Part shown: positions 12,719-25,519 of the stretch, in pieces
Numbering within the stretch: the first letter of the stretch is position 1
How the letters are laid out: each line of letters opens with the position of its first letter
Assembly (NCBI GenBank): GCA_000165425.1
Contig: CT868574.1
Span: forward strand, 1-64,000
DNA from: Paramecium tetraurelia
Taxonomy: Eukaryota
Length of the DNA: 64,000 nucleotides
Reading direction: 5' to 3'
The notes under the pieces: generated by a model
What the model saw: only the letters and a program-made list of their open reading frames with translations
What the model was told of the DNA's origin: nothing
Databases searched by the model: none
Translations under genes and position numbers: made by a program

Positions 12719-15252
12719 TCATTTCGATATCCACTTCTATAATTCCTTGATGTTTATTTAAACTTCTTTACATATACTATGATTGGGTCCTAAAACCTTT
12801 TGATAATTTTCCAATGACATTTGAAAATATTTCTTTGCCTAAACAAATTTATCCTAAGTTCCAAACAACACTCCGAAATTGTTGTAAATATCTCCTAAGG
12901 TAATCAGATCCGAAGCCGATTTACTAGCAGCAATTAAACTTGCTGCAGTTTAATAATACTACTCAGCAGATTTAAAATCCTTCATCTTTCTGTAGACTAA
13001 TCCCATATTATAATATATTTTGGCCATTCTTGTACTTTCATTATCGTTTCTCTTCATAAGGAACTCTATTCCTTCTTTATAATGCTCCAAAGCCTTATCA
13101 TATTTCTGAACTCCCATATAAGAGGCTCCTAAATTCTTAAGAATATCTGCCATGCTATCGAATCTCTCATCAACAGTGCATTTGACTAAATTATCGAGGT
13201 AAAATTATTTCAGTTAAGTATAGTGTTACAATGCCTCTTCATACCTACCTTCTTCTAGAAAGCTTTGAGATAGTAATTCTTGGCTTTTCACAGTCTGTTT
13301 CGCATATTATCCATATATTAGCTTCCTCAAATTATAGGATTCTTGTGCTGCTTTTATTGTTTCTGCATATCTACCTATTTTCTAGAAACATAAGGCTATT
13401 TCAAATAGAGTATCAGATAATCTCTATTAATTAGATTATTGGTGTTTCCTATAGATTTCAGCAGTAATAGAATAGAATGAGATTGCCATATCAAACTGTT
13501 GTTTTTCATAATAAACTCTCGCCAAATTATCATAAGTTGAGCAAAGGATTGGGCTGCGATCTCCACATAATAGTTTTTTGATCTGCAAGGCACTTTTAAA
13601 ATATTTGATAGCTTGATCATAGTTCTTCAATTTCTTATGTGCCATGGCTATGTTTTATAAAATGACTGCACCTCCTAAGTTGTTTTCTCCAAATATCTAT
13701 TCTTTGATTTGATACGCTTATTCATAATGCTTAATGGCTTTCTCAAACTCTCCTTTTTTTCGTTTAACAATTCCCAAATTATTATACCCATCTGCCACTG
13801 AAGAATGTTTATCTCCATTCAGCTTTTTGTATAGAGCAACCGATTCACAAAAGTTCTTCTCAGCCTCATCGTACTGCTCCAAATCACAATTGACAGTTCC
13901 TAAACTATTCATAATATCTGCCTTGGCACTATCTTTGGATAATTTGATGGCATATTTCAATGCTAATTCATAATGAGATTTAGCATGTTCAGGCAAATTC
14001 AACTTTTCATATGCTTCACCTAATTTGACCTCCCTCATCATCAAATCTTAAACACTCAAATTCTAACATTAAAAGCATCATTTACTTTTTTATCCTATTA
14101 AGTTTTCAAACAGTTAACGAATACATCTTCATTAGGTTTCTTAAATAGATCTTTATAAGAGGAGATGAGTTATAATAAGTCTTCAAAAGAAAGACGCTTT
14201 TGATCATCATATTCTAGCATTTTAATGATTATCTATTCAAAAATAGATGGTGATTTCAATTTCCTAAGCAATTCAACTTCAATTTTCAGAGATTCTCTAT
14301 CTAATCTTGGAATTAATTTGCGCATTAACAAAAAGGTTATCCCAACTGAATAGACATCAGATGTATAAGGATCATAATTTAAATGTTATTTACCTACAAA
14401 AAAACGACCTTCCTTGTCCTTTTACAAATCACAAAAAAAATAAATCTCAGCTAAAGGAAATAATTAATTATTAAATACGAGCCCAATAAGCTGGAGACCC
14501 ACGAACTGTATTTAATTAAGTTTATTTTGGTTTCAGAAATTTTGCACCTCCCAAATCAGCAATTTTGTAAGATTTGTCTGCTTAACAATATAGGATATTT
14601 TAAGGTTTTATATCACGATGAGTAACATTGTGTTTCTTCATAATTACAAAACCTTCAACTAATTAATGTAAGATGTACAGCAACTCTTCATCTGTCCATT
14701 TGGTTTTATTCTCTTCTATTCTCACCTTGAATTATAAATTGAAATGTACTTTCAAGAGCTCCATTAGATTACAATCACACAATTCCATCACAATCACTAG
14801 ATACTTATTATCATCCTTTATGCAAGGATAGATATCATAAATTTTTAGCAACCCATAACAATTAGTTTATGATAATGTCTGCATAATAACAATTTCTCTG
14901 ACAGCTGCCTTGAATTCTGGGTCTTAATCACTTTCATCGTTATAGCCAATAAATTTTAGAGCGTATTTCTTTCCTGTCTTTTAATCCAATGATGCAAATA
15001 CTTACCCAAAGGTACCTGCTCCAATTTCCTTAGTTATGATACCCATTTTACCTGCTTTATATCAAAGATTTCCCAATTATAATTTTTGTTAGCTGCCTTA
15101 TCCTTTATCTATTCGATCTAGAATTTCATTGCTGATTATAAATCTGATGGCTCTAATACTACAATAATTTGATTCTGATTCATTCTAATCGTCATCTTCT
15201 CATCCTTCCCTCTATGCTTCAGCGATTTAGATTCGAAGATGTTTGATTCCAT
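12719..15252 (-). CDS. Ser/Thr protein kinase fused to C-terminal TPR repeats
   Basis: EIGAGTFGQV (after a 23-nt intron), YALK, HRDIKPQNIL, ADLG, SDVYSVG. Followed by many kinesin-light-chain-like TPRs (ADIMNSLGTVNCDLEQYDEAEKNF; VADGYNNLGIVKRKKGEFEKAIKHY). TGA at 12719-12721. Confidence 0.88.
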
Positions 15253-15267
15253 TAAATATTATATATA

Positions 15268-16030
15268 ATGCAATACAATTATCAACAAATCTCAACAAAA
15301 ATACACCTCAAAATCAAATTCAATACCTAATGCCTCTCAACCTTATTATAGCTGCTATGAAATCTTTTTTCGTGGATTGCCAAATCGAAATTCTCTTTAT
15401 GAGAATACTAAACATTAATTCAGAATCATAGAAATCTAATATAGCAACCCATCCAATATCATTAATCATTGATATTACTAAATCTAATGAAAAAGACTCT
15501 AATAGTTTATTAAAATCTCTAAAATAAGGTTGTTCTATTGCTATTTAATACTAATAATAAATTGAATCATAATTTTGATTCTAATTCTAACTTTGGCTTG
15601 AAAAAAGAGTTGAATAAGTATTCAAATACAGGGAAAAGATTAAAGACTTCAGAGTTAAAATATAGTTCAATAGTCTGGATTGCAATAGTTCTCTATTTAA
15701 GATTGAGTATTTAAATTAGAAAATCTGAGTATAATACATAACAACGTTGGCATATCATTAAAACTTATTAAACAACTTCAAGAAAAAATAATGGAATTTA
15801 TTAGTTGAAAGAGTAAATATAAATTGAATATAGAATATGAAGAATCCAATTCGGAGTTAGGGAGATTTTACGAAGCTTGTAAGAGAATTTTTTTGGATAA
15901 TTTTAAAGGCTAATATCATGATTTACAAAAATAAGAAGAAGTAGAAAAAGCTCAAGCTGAGCTCTTTATTAAATATGAATGTAAAGTAAAATACTAAAAT
16001 GGAAGTTCAAATAGTTTATAAAGATAATCA
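15268..16030 (+). pseudogene. Degenerate coding-like segment, unidentified
   Basis: Protein-like runs in shifting frames (e.g. EESNSELGRFYEACKRIFLDNFKGQYHDLQKQEEVEKAQAELF) with no consistent intron solution. Confidence 0.25.
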
Positions 16031-16193
16031 TAAATTCTCTATCTTTATTTTATAAACTAAGAAATCACTTAAAAAATTCTTAATATAAATATTCCTATAT
16101 TATTTTCTATTAAATCACTCTATGTATATTTGCTTTATGTACAATATCTTATTAGAATATAAAAAGAATTAAAAATTAATTTATTATTTCAAA

Positions 16194-16891
16194 ATGAAAG
16201 TTGTTTAAGCTCTCAAAAATCCACGAAATTTCCCTTTGCTTCATTTACTAGTAGAGATGTTAAATCTGACTTTCAATTTCAAAAACATCACTTTGTGACT
16301 AAAATTGCCATCAAATCAAGTAATGAGAAAGAGAAGAATGATGAATTATCATATTGAAATTTGATAAAGAAGGAAACATGACAAGATTCCATGAAGAATA
16401 CAGTCTAGATAACTATGACGAAACTAAGTGCTTACAACATGCAAATGTGTATGAAGAACTAACAAAGGAGATGAAACAAGATCAAATTTATAAAGATTTC
16501 TGTATAATACTCTTCAAATCACTTGCCAATTGAAACAGTTTCAAAAAGCATAAATCTCAGTTCATGCTGTGCGAACTGTATCACACTCTCTAAAATATTA
16601 GATACCCTACGTTGATTAACCTGCTTCACCTACTCCTGAAGGACCAAATAGAGTGGAAACGATTTGGAAATAATTGGAGTAGTCAATAAATTCAATTGTT
16701 AAGGGGCAGAAAGTTAAATTTACAGTTCTAACAAAACAAAACTATTTTTTGAAATGAGTCTGGAACCAGGAGAAGGCTATATAATAGATGATTAATCCCT
16801 TTGGAACTATGCATCATCTCACAAACCAATAGATTAATCATAACCTAGTATAAGAAACATTTTAGGGTTTGTTCTGAAGATTGATCATTGA
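16194..16891 (+). pseudogene. Frameshifted 2OG-Fe(II) dioxygenase-like gene (BsmA / 2OG-Fe_Oxy_2-like)
   Basis: Stitched translation VHAVRTV...PTPEGPNR(D)GNDLEIIGVVNKFNCQGAESQIYS...LEPGEGYIIDDQSLWNYASSHKP...IRNILGF* follows the family pattern H-x-x-R...P-x-PEG-x-H-x-DG...N-x-x-GG...L-x-x-G...DD...H...RD. Several frame breaks and internal TGA. Confidence 0.6.
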
Positions 16892-16956
16892 ATAATCATA
16901 AAATTAGCATTTTTATAACAAAATTAGAATAATTATGATTATGAATAAAATTATAT

Positions 16957-17739
16957 TCAGGAGTCATTACATTCTTCAATGCATTAATATTATTTTCCAT
17001 TCAATATTTATTTTGTTTAATTTTATTAGCTCTTCTTACTTTCCTTATCTTCAGCCTTCTCAAAATCAACATCTTATAAATCAACTTGATTTGCACTTTG
17101 AATGAACATCTGCCTTAGTTCTTCACTTTGAATATCATTTCTAACAAAATGAATTCTCAGTGTATCCTTAGTGTAGATGTATAATGCCTACAATAAATGT
17201 TCTTTGTCTTTAATTTCATCCTCACTTAATTAAAAGTTAGTAATTACTATGTCAATAATATTATCAAACTTTTTAAAGTACTTATAAGTTTTCAAACAGT
17301 TAGCTTTCATTAAGTCTGTTCTTTCAAAATTAACAATTAAGTAAAATTTTTCAATATCTTAGGAATGTAATTTGAAATATCTATTGAATTAACTTATAAT
17401 AGCTTCTCTTTTATCTAATGAATCCTCAAATTCTATAGAAGGTGTATCCACTAAATCATAATGATCATTTATAGGAAATTCATAAATCTAATCTACATCT
17501 GAAATACATTTTTATCTCTTAATTTTCTTCTCTGTTGCAATATTAAATAGTATTGTTTTCCCACCTCCTGGTTGTCCAATCATGATTAATTTTTTTCTAT
17601 AAATCAGCTTTTTTTTTGAATTATAGCAGAGGAACAGTATTAAGATTCCCAACAATACTGAAAAGATTAAAGCTAGAAGCAACTATTTCTATTAACAATT
17701 ATCGAATTGCGAAAAAATATTTTGAGTTGATAATAGCAT
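16957..17739 (-). CDS. P-loop GTPase-like protein (AIG1/Era-like) with N-terminal TM helix
   Basis: Hydrophobic LLLALIFSVLLGILILFLC, Walker A GQPGGGKT, G3-like LVDTPS. The last ~30 codons may involve a frameshift. Confidence 0.6.
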
Positions 17740-18198
17740 TTTATCATATAGCATTATTTTAATAATACTTTTCTTTATCATAAAATTCTTCAAGAAACAT
17801 GAAACAATTATTTGGTTGAATCCACTTTTCGATGAAATATATCAAAATATTTATCCTGATGGCAGTGATACATCATTTCATCATTAACTTTCTTAAAAGA
17901 AGTAAAAAAACACAATTTTATTAACTCTTTTTATTTTAGAAATCTTGATTTTCTTATCGAAGATTAAATAGTTCATTACGTACTAATGTTAGGGATATTA
18001 ATGTAAACTCTTTCATTTTATTTAAAATAAGATGGAATTTTAGATTAATTCTATTAGATTGAAAGAATAAATGATTATATAATACATTAGTAATTATAAG
18101 TTAGATAAAATAAATTCAAATATAACTGCCCTATTATTCTTGTGAATCATAAATTAATGTTAAAAAATCCTAGAACATGATTAAAAAACATAATAAAT

Positions 18199-19308
18199 TC
18201 AAATTTTCTTGCCGTCCAACCACTCTCCTGTTTATTTATTACCACTTGGATCGATGACTTCACCTTTGCCATGTTACTTTCCATCCTTCCAATAACCTTT
18301 ATATATTTTTCCATCTTGCCAATAAAATTCACCATATCCACACTTTTTATCCTCTTTATAATCTCCTAAAAATGGTTATAAAATCTACATACCTAGATAT
18401 TTCTTACCATCAGGCCAAACAAAGGTACCTTTCCCATCCATTTTATTTTCCTTCCACTCTCCTTGATATCTTCTTTTATCAGCCCAAGTGTATTCTCCTT
18501 AGCCATGAATTTAGTTATCAAGAAACTATCCTTGATATTTGGCACCGTCATTCCAAGTAAAAGTACCATTTCCGTTCTTTTTACCTTATTTATATTATCC
18601 TTCAAAATATGAATTATCTGGCCAATACTCTTTACCTTCACCATCTTGTAGATTATCGTACCATTACCCTTCATATCGAGCTCCATCGAAATGGTAATAT
18701 ATTCCAAATCCCTTAGCATTTCCATTCATCCAAAACCCTTCATATGCATCTCCATCTGCGTAAATTATTCTACCATGTCCACAAATCATGTCATTTTACC
18801 ATTAGCCTTCATAAAAGGACCCGTCCTACCAAAATTATTTACCATAACCTTCTCTCTTTATGCCCTCCCAAGTTCCTACGTATATGACTTCTCCCTTTAT
18901 TTAATAAGGAGGTTGAATTTAACCACCAATTTACATTTATTAGATCGGAATATACTTTCCAATTCTTTCTAGAGTTCTCTTGATGTTATTGTTAGTAATT
19001 TCAATTGTTTATTCATAAAGCCTCAAATCAGGATGTTGAAGTTGCTAGGGAACCTCAGTTGGCTATTATACGTCTTGTTTTTGTGATTGTTATTAGAGGG
19101 ATTTGAAAATATTTGGATCTTCGTCGCCTTTCCTTTGGTCCAACTCCTACTTCTTTTCATCTGTTATTTCAGCGGAAACTTCTTAGGCTATTATTTTTTA
19201 ATTGTCCGTAGTAACATATTGTAACTATTCAATAAATGCAGCAGTTTGAGAATTGCTGATAACTTGATTACTCAGTATTGGTTGTTGAGCACAACATTTT
19301 GCTCCCAT
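18199..19308 (-). CDS. MORN-repeat protein with MGAKCC acylation motif
   Basis: Repeats such as YEGQWYDNLQDGEGKEYWPDNSYFEGQYKQGKKNGNGTFTWNDGAKYQG. ATG 19308, TGA at 18199-18201. Confidence 0.9.
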
Positions 19309-19337
19309 TTTGATATTAATTTTAATTTATAAAATAG

Positions 19338-19611
19338 ATGAGTTAGAGGAAATTATTCAGATACTACATCGATCAAAGCATTCAATAGTAAAATGAATAG
19401 AAACTGTTTCTGACAAGAGTCAATAGATGGAGATTCAACACTTTGGACAAATCGAATTGTATAAAGTATTATGAATTTGATTAGTCTTGAAATCCACTAG
19501 ACCCATCAAACCCATACTATTTGGTTTAGCTTGTTTGGCAGTTTATGGTACTTTACATCTCTATAAGTAGATTGGACATACGGCTTTTATCGTATTGATG
19601 AACATCATTGA
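19338..19611 (+). CDS. ~75-aa single-TM protein resembling complex I subunit NDUFB3 (B12)
   Basis: Two canonical introns (26 and 23 nt) give MSQRKLFRYYIDQSIQQQNEQKLFLTRVNRWRFNTLDKSNFLKSTRPIKPILFGLACLAVYDWTYGFYRIDEHH*. WR motif, one TM helix and terminal HH resemble NDUFB3. Confidence 0.55.
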
Positions 19612-19646
19612 TTTATTATTAACAATAAATATATAATTATAACAAC

Positions 19647-21332
19647 ATGTCTAATCATGTCAATCAAACATAACAGAATTTAACTAATCCAAATTAAGAT
19701 CCCAAGTAATTACGTTATTATAAGTAGTCTCGGAAATCGCATCAGATCGAGAAAATTGTTCATATCAACAATTATTAAATTCTTCTTTGCCGCTTTGCTA
19801 TTTTTACTGCTCAGTCTCCAGATCTAATATCACCTGGATGTTATTTCCATTTTCGTGCTTTTTCTAATGTACCATCTGATTGACTTTTTGAATGCCTTTT
19901 ACTATCATTTTATGATGAAAAAATTGTAAATTCGATTGTAAACATTCTTAATTTATACAGCAAGAAGAAAAAGTTATTGTGCTATCTTGGAGCCACAATA
20001 TTTGATCTCTTTTATTTAATATGCTTATTGTTGCTAACAAAAGTGGGTTACCAATATGTTGTTTACAGTAATGCATTTTTAGTAATTGCAATTTTAATGA
20101 ACTTTTACTCCCTCTACCAAGATAGAGCTTTATTAGAATCATTAAAAATGTTAAATAAACTATCCTTATTGACCAGGATCTACGTAGCAATATGTTCGAT
20201 ATTTATAACTTTGAAAATTGATAATATCATAATTTGGAATTGGACTCAAACCTTATGGGGTGTTTGGGTCGGCTTAATTTGTTTTATTGGCATTAGTGCA
20301 GGTTGTCTGATAGTCACATTTAGCAAGATAATACAATATCTGTTTGACAGATAAAATCTATAGAAATCAGAATGTATTACTATTACAATTATTAGTAATT
20401 TCCTACATCTGGTTAACTCAACTGCTCATATTTGGGAGTGTTTCCATAACATTAAGTTCTTTTGGATATTTAGAGTATTTAGAAAATCAATCAAACTATT
20501 CTCACAATTTCGTTGTTCAACAATATTTCATAATTGCTGAATTCTTCATCATTTTCATTTATTCCATATATTTTCGTATTGATATCTGCGAATAAATATA
20601 CATAACACTCCAAGATGATGAACCAGTTAACTAATAATAATTTTCTGTGAATATGTAAGGTAGCAATCAAACATTGTAATAAATCAATCCAACATCCTCG
20701 AGAACTTAGATTCCTTCGGTTGTGTAAAAGATATCAAAAACCTATTTTGGAATTCCCACTAGAGTCAAGAAGGGAGGGAATTAAGATTCAATAAGTGGTT
20801 CACCTGTACTTAAGAAACCATCTAAAGGACATAAACGAGCATTTTCTAGTCAAGGAGTAGCTTCATAGATGTTTTAAGAAATGGATTAAATTGTTATTGA
20901 TAAGTAGCAATCTAATATATTAAATAAAAATTCTAAAAACGAAGCTAAACCTTAAATTGATAAAAAGAGATGTAATTCTCAATTAGTAACAGTAAGTTTT
21001 AATATTAATATTTAAGATTGGCCAAGAGGAAAGCATTTAAAATAAGAATCACGAAATGAGCCTGAGTCAAACCAGCAACATTTGTATTGTGTGTTACGAA
21101 AGAGGACCCAATGCAGTTTTTATGAATTGTGGCCATGGAGGTACTTGTTATCAATGTGCTATTGATATTTGGAAATAGAAAATGGTTTGTTATTTATGCA
21201 GAAGTGTAATTTTATATGATGATAATAATTTAGAAAATTGAGTACATTTTGAAGGTTGATTTGGAAGACAGATATGGAGATTTATTTAAAGTTGTTTCTA
21301 CTACTTAAATGATAGATTAATTTAATAAATGA
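19647..21332 (+). CDS. Multi-pass membrane protein with C-terminal C3HC4 RING finger
   Basis: Several hydrophobic helices over 19790-20580. RING CIVCYERGPNAVFMNCGHGGTCYQCAIDIWKQKMVCYLCR. TGA at 21330-21332. Confidence 0.85.
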
Positions 21333-21610
21333 AAATATCGTTTGTTAATTATAGTTATATTAATCGAACATAAATAGATACATACCTCTTATTTTTATAG
21401 TGTATATATTTTAATTCAGATTTAAGAAAATCAATAATATAATATGGTTTTTGACAACATTTACAATTTGTATATTTGCATTAGAAGTTCAACGATCATA
21501 GCCAATCATGATTTACATTTATAGATTTTATTAATTATTATTATTAGTATAATCCTTACTATATATATATATTTAATTTGTCCTTAATTTAATATACATC
21601 CTAATAATAT

Positions 21611-22462
21611 TCAGAATCTCTTAAATAAAGGATCATTGAGCAGCATTTCGATTTACATTGCATGTAGGACTTCTTTAGTTTGATCCAATTCCTAAACCTC
21701 AAGACTGTAAATATACTTTTTGAGATGGTGCAATTCCCACCATGTTTCTAAAAAACAGAACATTACAAAGTAGATAGGCAACCACCTAACAAATCTTTTA
21801 AGAGCTTTTGCTCTGCTCAAATAAGCAAAAGGTTGTTCAATTTTATAGAGGTACTTATCTTTGTATTCTTAAAAAGTGACATCTTCAATGATTGTATTAT
21901 TTAGTGCTAGTTTATCCGAATAACTTGCTTCATTGCTCTTTGTACCAATAGCATAGAGCACTTTCTCCTCTCTATCTAATTGGATGTCTTTATCTGCTGG
22001 TATATTGTTGACATCAACTTCGCTAATGTGAATTGTGTTTTCTGGCATCACAAAAACACTCCCTAAATCAGCTTATCTGAATTGCTATCCAATTACATTA
22101 GATTTCATAGAAACAACATTCACTTCATCGATAGCTACCTAACTTTCTGTCATCGCTTTAAGTGCAAGGGGATTATGTTTCATTTCGATTGTAGTTTTTG
22201 TATTTGTTGTGTAGGTGATCTCTTTGCCATCATCATTCACTATTTTAGCTGTTATTACATTCGATAAAGGGTCTTCTTCCACAAATTCCATTTTGGATGA
22301 TGATTTCGTGTAATCTTAGACATATTTATGATCTTTGTCTTACTCAGTCACAATCGTCGGTTTCTCTAACTTGGGGTCCAACATCTGTTTAAGAGATTCT
22401 GCCTTTTAAATCTACTACTTTACAATTTAACCAAAGCATTATTAAATTCTTTTTTACAGCAT
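21611..22462 (-). CDS. Hypothetical 283-aa protein with one C-terminal TM segment
   Basis: Intronless 852-nt ORF in ciliate code from ATG 22462. Hydrophobic FVRWLPIYFVMFCFLETWW near the C-terminus. Confidence 0.75.
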
Positions 22463-22474
22463 TTTAATTACTTC

Positions 22475-22876
22475 ATGGACGATTCTTTCGAATTAGATAT
22501 ATTGTGTAAACAAAATCCTAACAACTCTTTTCTCTTAAAAGAGATAGAGATTGTCAACTATCTCAGATCCCTCGGAATCTAAATGAAAACTGATCCTACA
22601 ATCAAATAAGAACTTTTCCACTCAAAAAGAAAACAGTAATTCATTAAGTCCAACACAGCACAATTCGAAGTTTCTAGTAGTAAGCAATTGGAAATCTCTT
22701 CGAATTCAATTAAATCTCGTAGAACTCCGTCCCATACTCCTCAAAGTTCCCCATTAATGGTCAATCAAGAAGTTATCAGCTAAACTAGAAAATCAATATT
22801 CTCCATTAGATTAGATGCCTTTGGAGATGATAATTTTGAAGGAGAAGAAGTTGGAGACTATTTTACTAACATGTGA
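22475..22876 (+). CDS. Hypothetical 133-aa Ser-rich protein
   Basis: Intronless ATG-TGA ORF MDDSFELDILCKQNPNNSFLLKEIEIVNYLRSLG...GEEVGDYFTNM*. Confidence 0.65.
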
Positions 22877-22940
22877 TTAATCAATATCATTATATATATA
22901 CATCATAAACACTTTTGTTCAGCATGTGCTTAGCACTGGC

Positions 22941-24105
22941 TCATTTTTTAGTAGTTTTCATACAATGGTTATCAATTTTAGCGAATTTTTGTAGTCTAGT
23001 CTTAATTATAGGGCAAAATACATTCTTCATCTCCTTCACTTCTTCAAAATTCTAAGAATTTAAAGCATTTGGACAAGATGGATCATCACATTTCATATTG
23101 TAAGAATTCATCCCTAGACCATTATCATCTTCTTTCAACACCTTTTATGTTTTCCAATACTTCTATTTCACTAATTTAATGCAGTAACATAATGCATATA
23201 TGAATTTTATAATCTCTGAATTATTAGCCAGTTAAATAAGTATTCTTACAAATGTGCCTGTAACCTCACAAGAAAAATGGCTATTCTTAATAAATGCCAT
23301 GCCCAATGCTCTCAAAATCAAAATTTCTTTTACTTCAGTTATTTTTATTTTCTGTTTGTCCAGATGTCCAATAAACAAGCTTAAAATCTTTTCATTGTTT
23401 CTTTGTTATCTATCCAAAAATTGAAACAGTTCCATCGATTATAGATTAAACTACAAATATGATCTTCTAATCTTGAGTTAATAAATTTCAACAATTTATC
23501 CTTTTTCTATCTAAGTATGTTATCTTATGATGTCAACAATTCATATGTTGCATGTATTATTTTGACCTTTTGAGTGGGGACCTTATAAAATGCCATTTTA
23601 AGCAGATTCATAGTGTGTTGCTACTCTCGGTAATTTGAGTACTTTAAACTAGATGTAAGAAATTTTTGAAGAATTTCACCATTCTTAAATATTATTATAA
23701 ATATGTTACATTTTTGGCCAAGGTCTTTTTATCCAAATCCCCTTATGTTTTTGTAATTCTTCCTTTACCTCCTTGAGCAATTCCTTTTATTTAGCCATTT
23801 CTCATGGTTAACTTCTATTTCTTTTTTTTTGTCCTTCTCGTTCTAACTAGAGTACTTTTCTTTTTTGCTTTACTATATTCTTTATTTTTCCTTCTCCTAC
23901 TTATTTAACTCCTTGGGTAGAAATTTGGCGTCTATGTATATTTAATTAACTAAATCAACAAAATTATCTGACAATTGATCTTCATGTTTAATCTAATAAA
24001 GCTTTATATTTAAGTGAAGATTTATAGTTTGGCCTCATGTTGTTAATTCAACTTGTTACTTAATATGTTCCAGAGAGAATTGTAATGTATATCATTACAA
24101 GTCAT
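22941..24105 (-). CDS. Hypothetical protein (charged N-terminus; 5' structure uncertain)
   Basis: The C-terminal half reads through a 23-nt intron to ...MKCDDPSCPNALN...HCMKTTKK*. N-terminal frames are ambiguous. Confidence 0.45.
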
Positions 24106-24717
24106 TAAACCATAAATTAGATACTAAACTTATTCTGTAGTCTAATAAAAATTAATAATAAATTTAATAATTTAAATAGAATTATAATTTTGAAGATTAA
24201 TACCTCTGATAACAGATTTCCACTAGAAGACCTTAAGAGATCAATTTAACTAATGTAAATTGGGGCTTCAATAAAAAACTGTTAATAGTTTTCTTAAGCA
24301 CTTATTTTTCTAATTTTTGATAAATTTAGTAATTATAAGTTCAAGAGCTTATTAATCAATCATATAATGGAGTAATACGAATAAACAATCTTTCCATGCC
24401 ATAATTATCATTTGGATAATAAAACAATTTAATGTTTGAGTAATTCAATTATTTAAGGTAACTCTGAAAGTTTCTATACTGAATCACCAGAATTACAGTC
24501 ACTTCTCTTCAATAATCTATGTGAGAGACATTGCTCTTTGATTTTTAGACATTTATTGAATTATTAAATTAATTTATCATGTTACTGAGATACTTTTTGA
24601 ATAACTAAAATACTGCATTACTATATAGAATTCTAATTTGTTTAATAAAATGACACGATTACGTTGTTTTCCAGATTGAATTCAAAAAAGGAAAACTATT
24701 TTTTTATTAAATTAATA

Positions 24718-25477
24718 ATGTCCAAATATTCTGTAATTCTGCCCACTTACAATGAAAGAGAGAATTTACCAATCATCACTTACTTGATCTTTGAGATGGC
24801 TAAAAAGAAGTACTCATGAATATAACAAAAGCAATTTAGATTTTGAGATCATCATAATTGAGGACAACTCCCCTGATGGCACTCTACAAGTAGCATAAGA
24901 GTTGAAGAAAGTATATGGGGATAAATTGATCATCCATTTTAGGGAGAAAAAGTTGGGTTTAGGGTCTGCTTATATGGATGGGATCAAACTTTGCCATGGC
25001 AATTTTATTGTCATTATGGATGCAGATTTATCACACCATCCAAAATATTTGGTGGACTTCATCAAAAAATAGAAAACAACAAATTGTGACATTGTGACAG
25101 GATCAAGATACATTGATAAAGGAGGTGTTATGAATTGGGGATTCGATAGAAAACTTACATCTAGAGGTGCCAATTTCTTAGCATCCACTACATTGGGAGT
25201 CAAGTGTTCTGATCTAACAGGAAGTTTCAGACTCTACAAAAGGGAAGTTTTAGAGAAAGTTATTAAAGATGTAGTTTCAAGAGGATATGCATTTCAAATG
25301 GAAATAATCATTAGAGCTAGACAATATGGTTATACAGTAGAGGAAGTATATATTTGAAGTAAATAATTAAAGGTACCAATTGTTTTTGTTGAAAGAATCT
25401 TTGGAGAATCGAAATTAGGGGCATCTGAATTTCAAATATACTTAAAGGGATTGTGGAAGTTGCTCTGGACATTCTGA
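24718..25477 (+). CDS. DPM1: Dolichol-phosphate mannosyltransferase subunit 1
   Basis: [60 protein letters not shown]. Two short introns. Confidence 0.96.
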
Positions 25478-25519
25478 TATATGAATATAAATATTTACAT
25501 AGATATATTTTAAAATAAC

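Noticed and set aside
15029..15051. Apparent frame break before the kinase Gly loop
   Set aside because: Explained by a canonical 23-nt intron GTAAAATGGGTATCATAACTAAG.
17831..17882. Imperfect inverted repeat GATGAAAT...ATTTCATC
   Set aside because: An 8-bp stem in very AT-rich DNA is expected by chance, and there are no RNA-family hallmarks.
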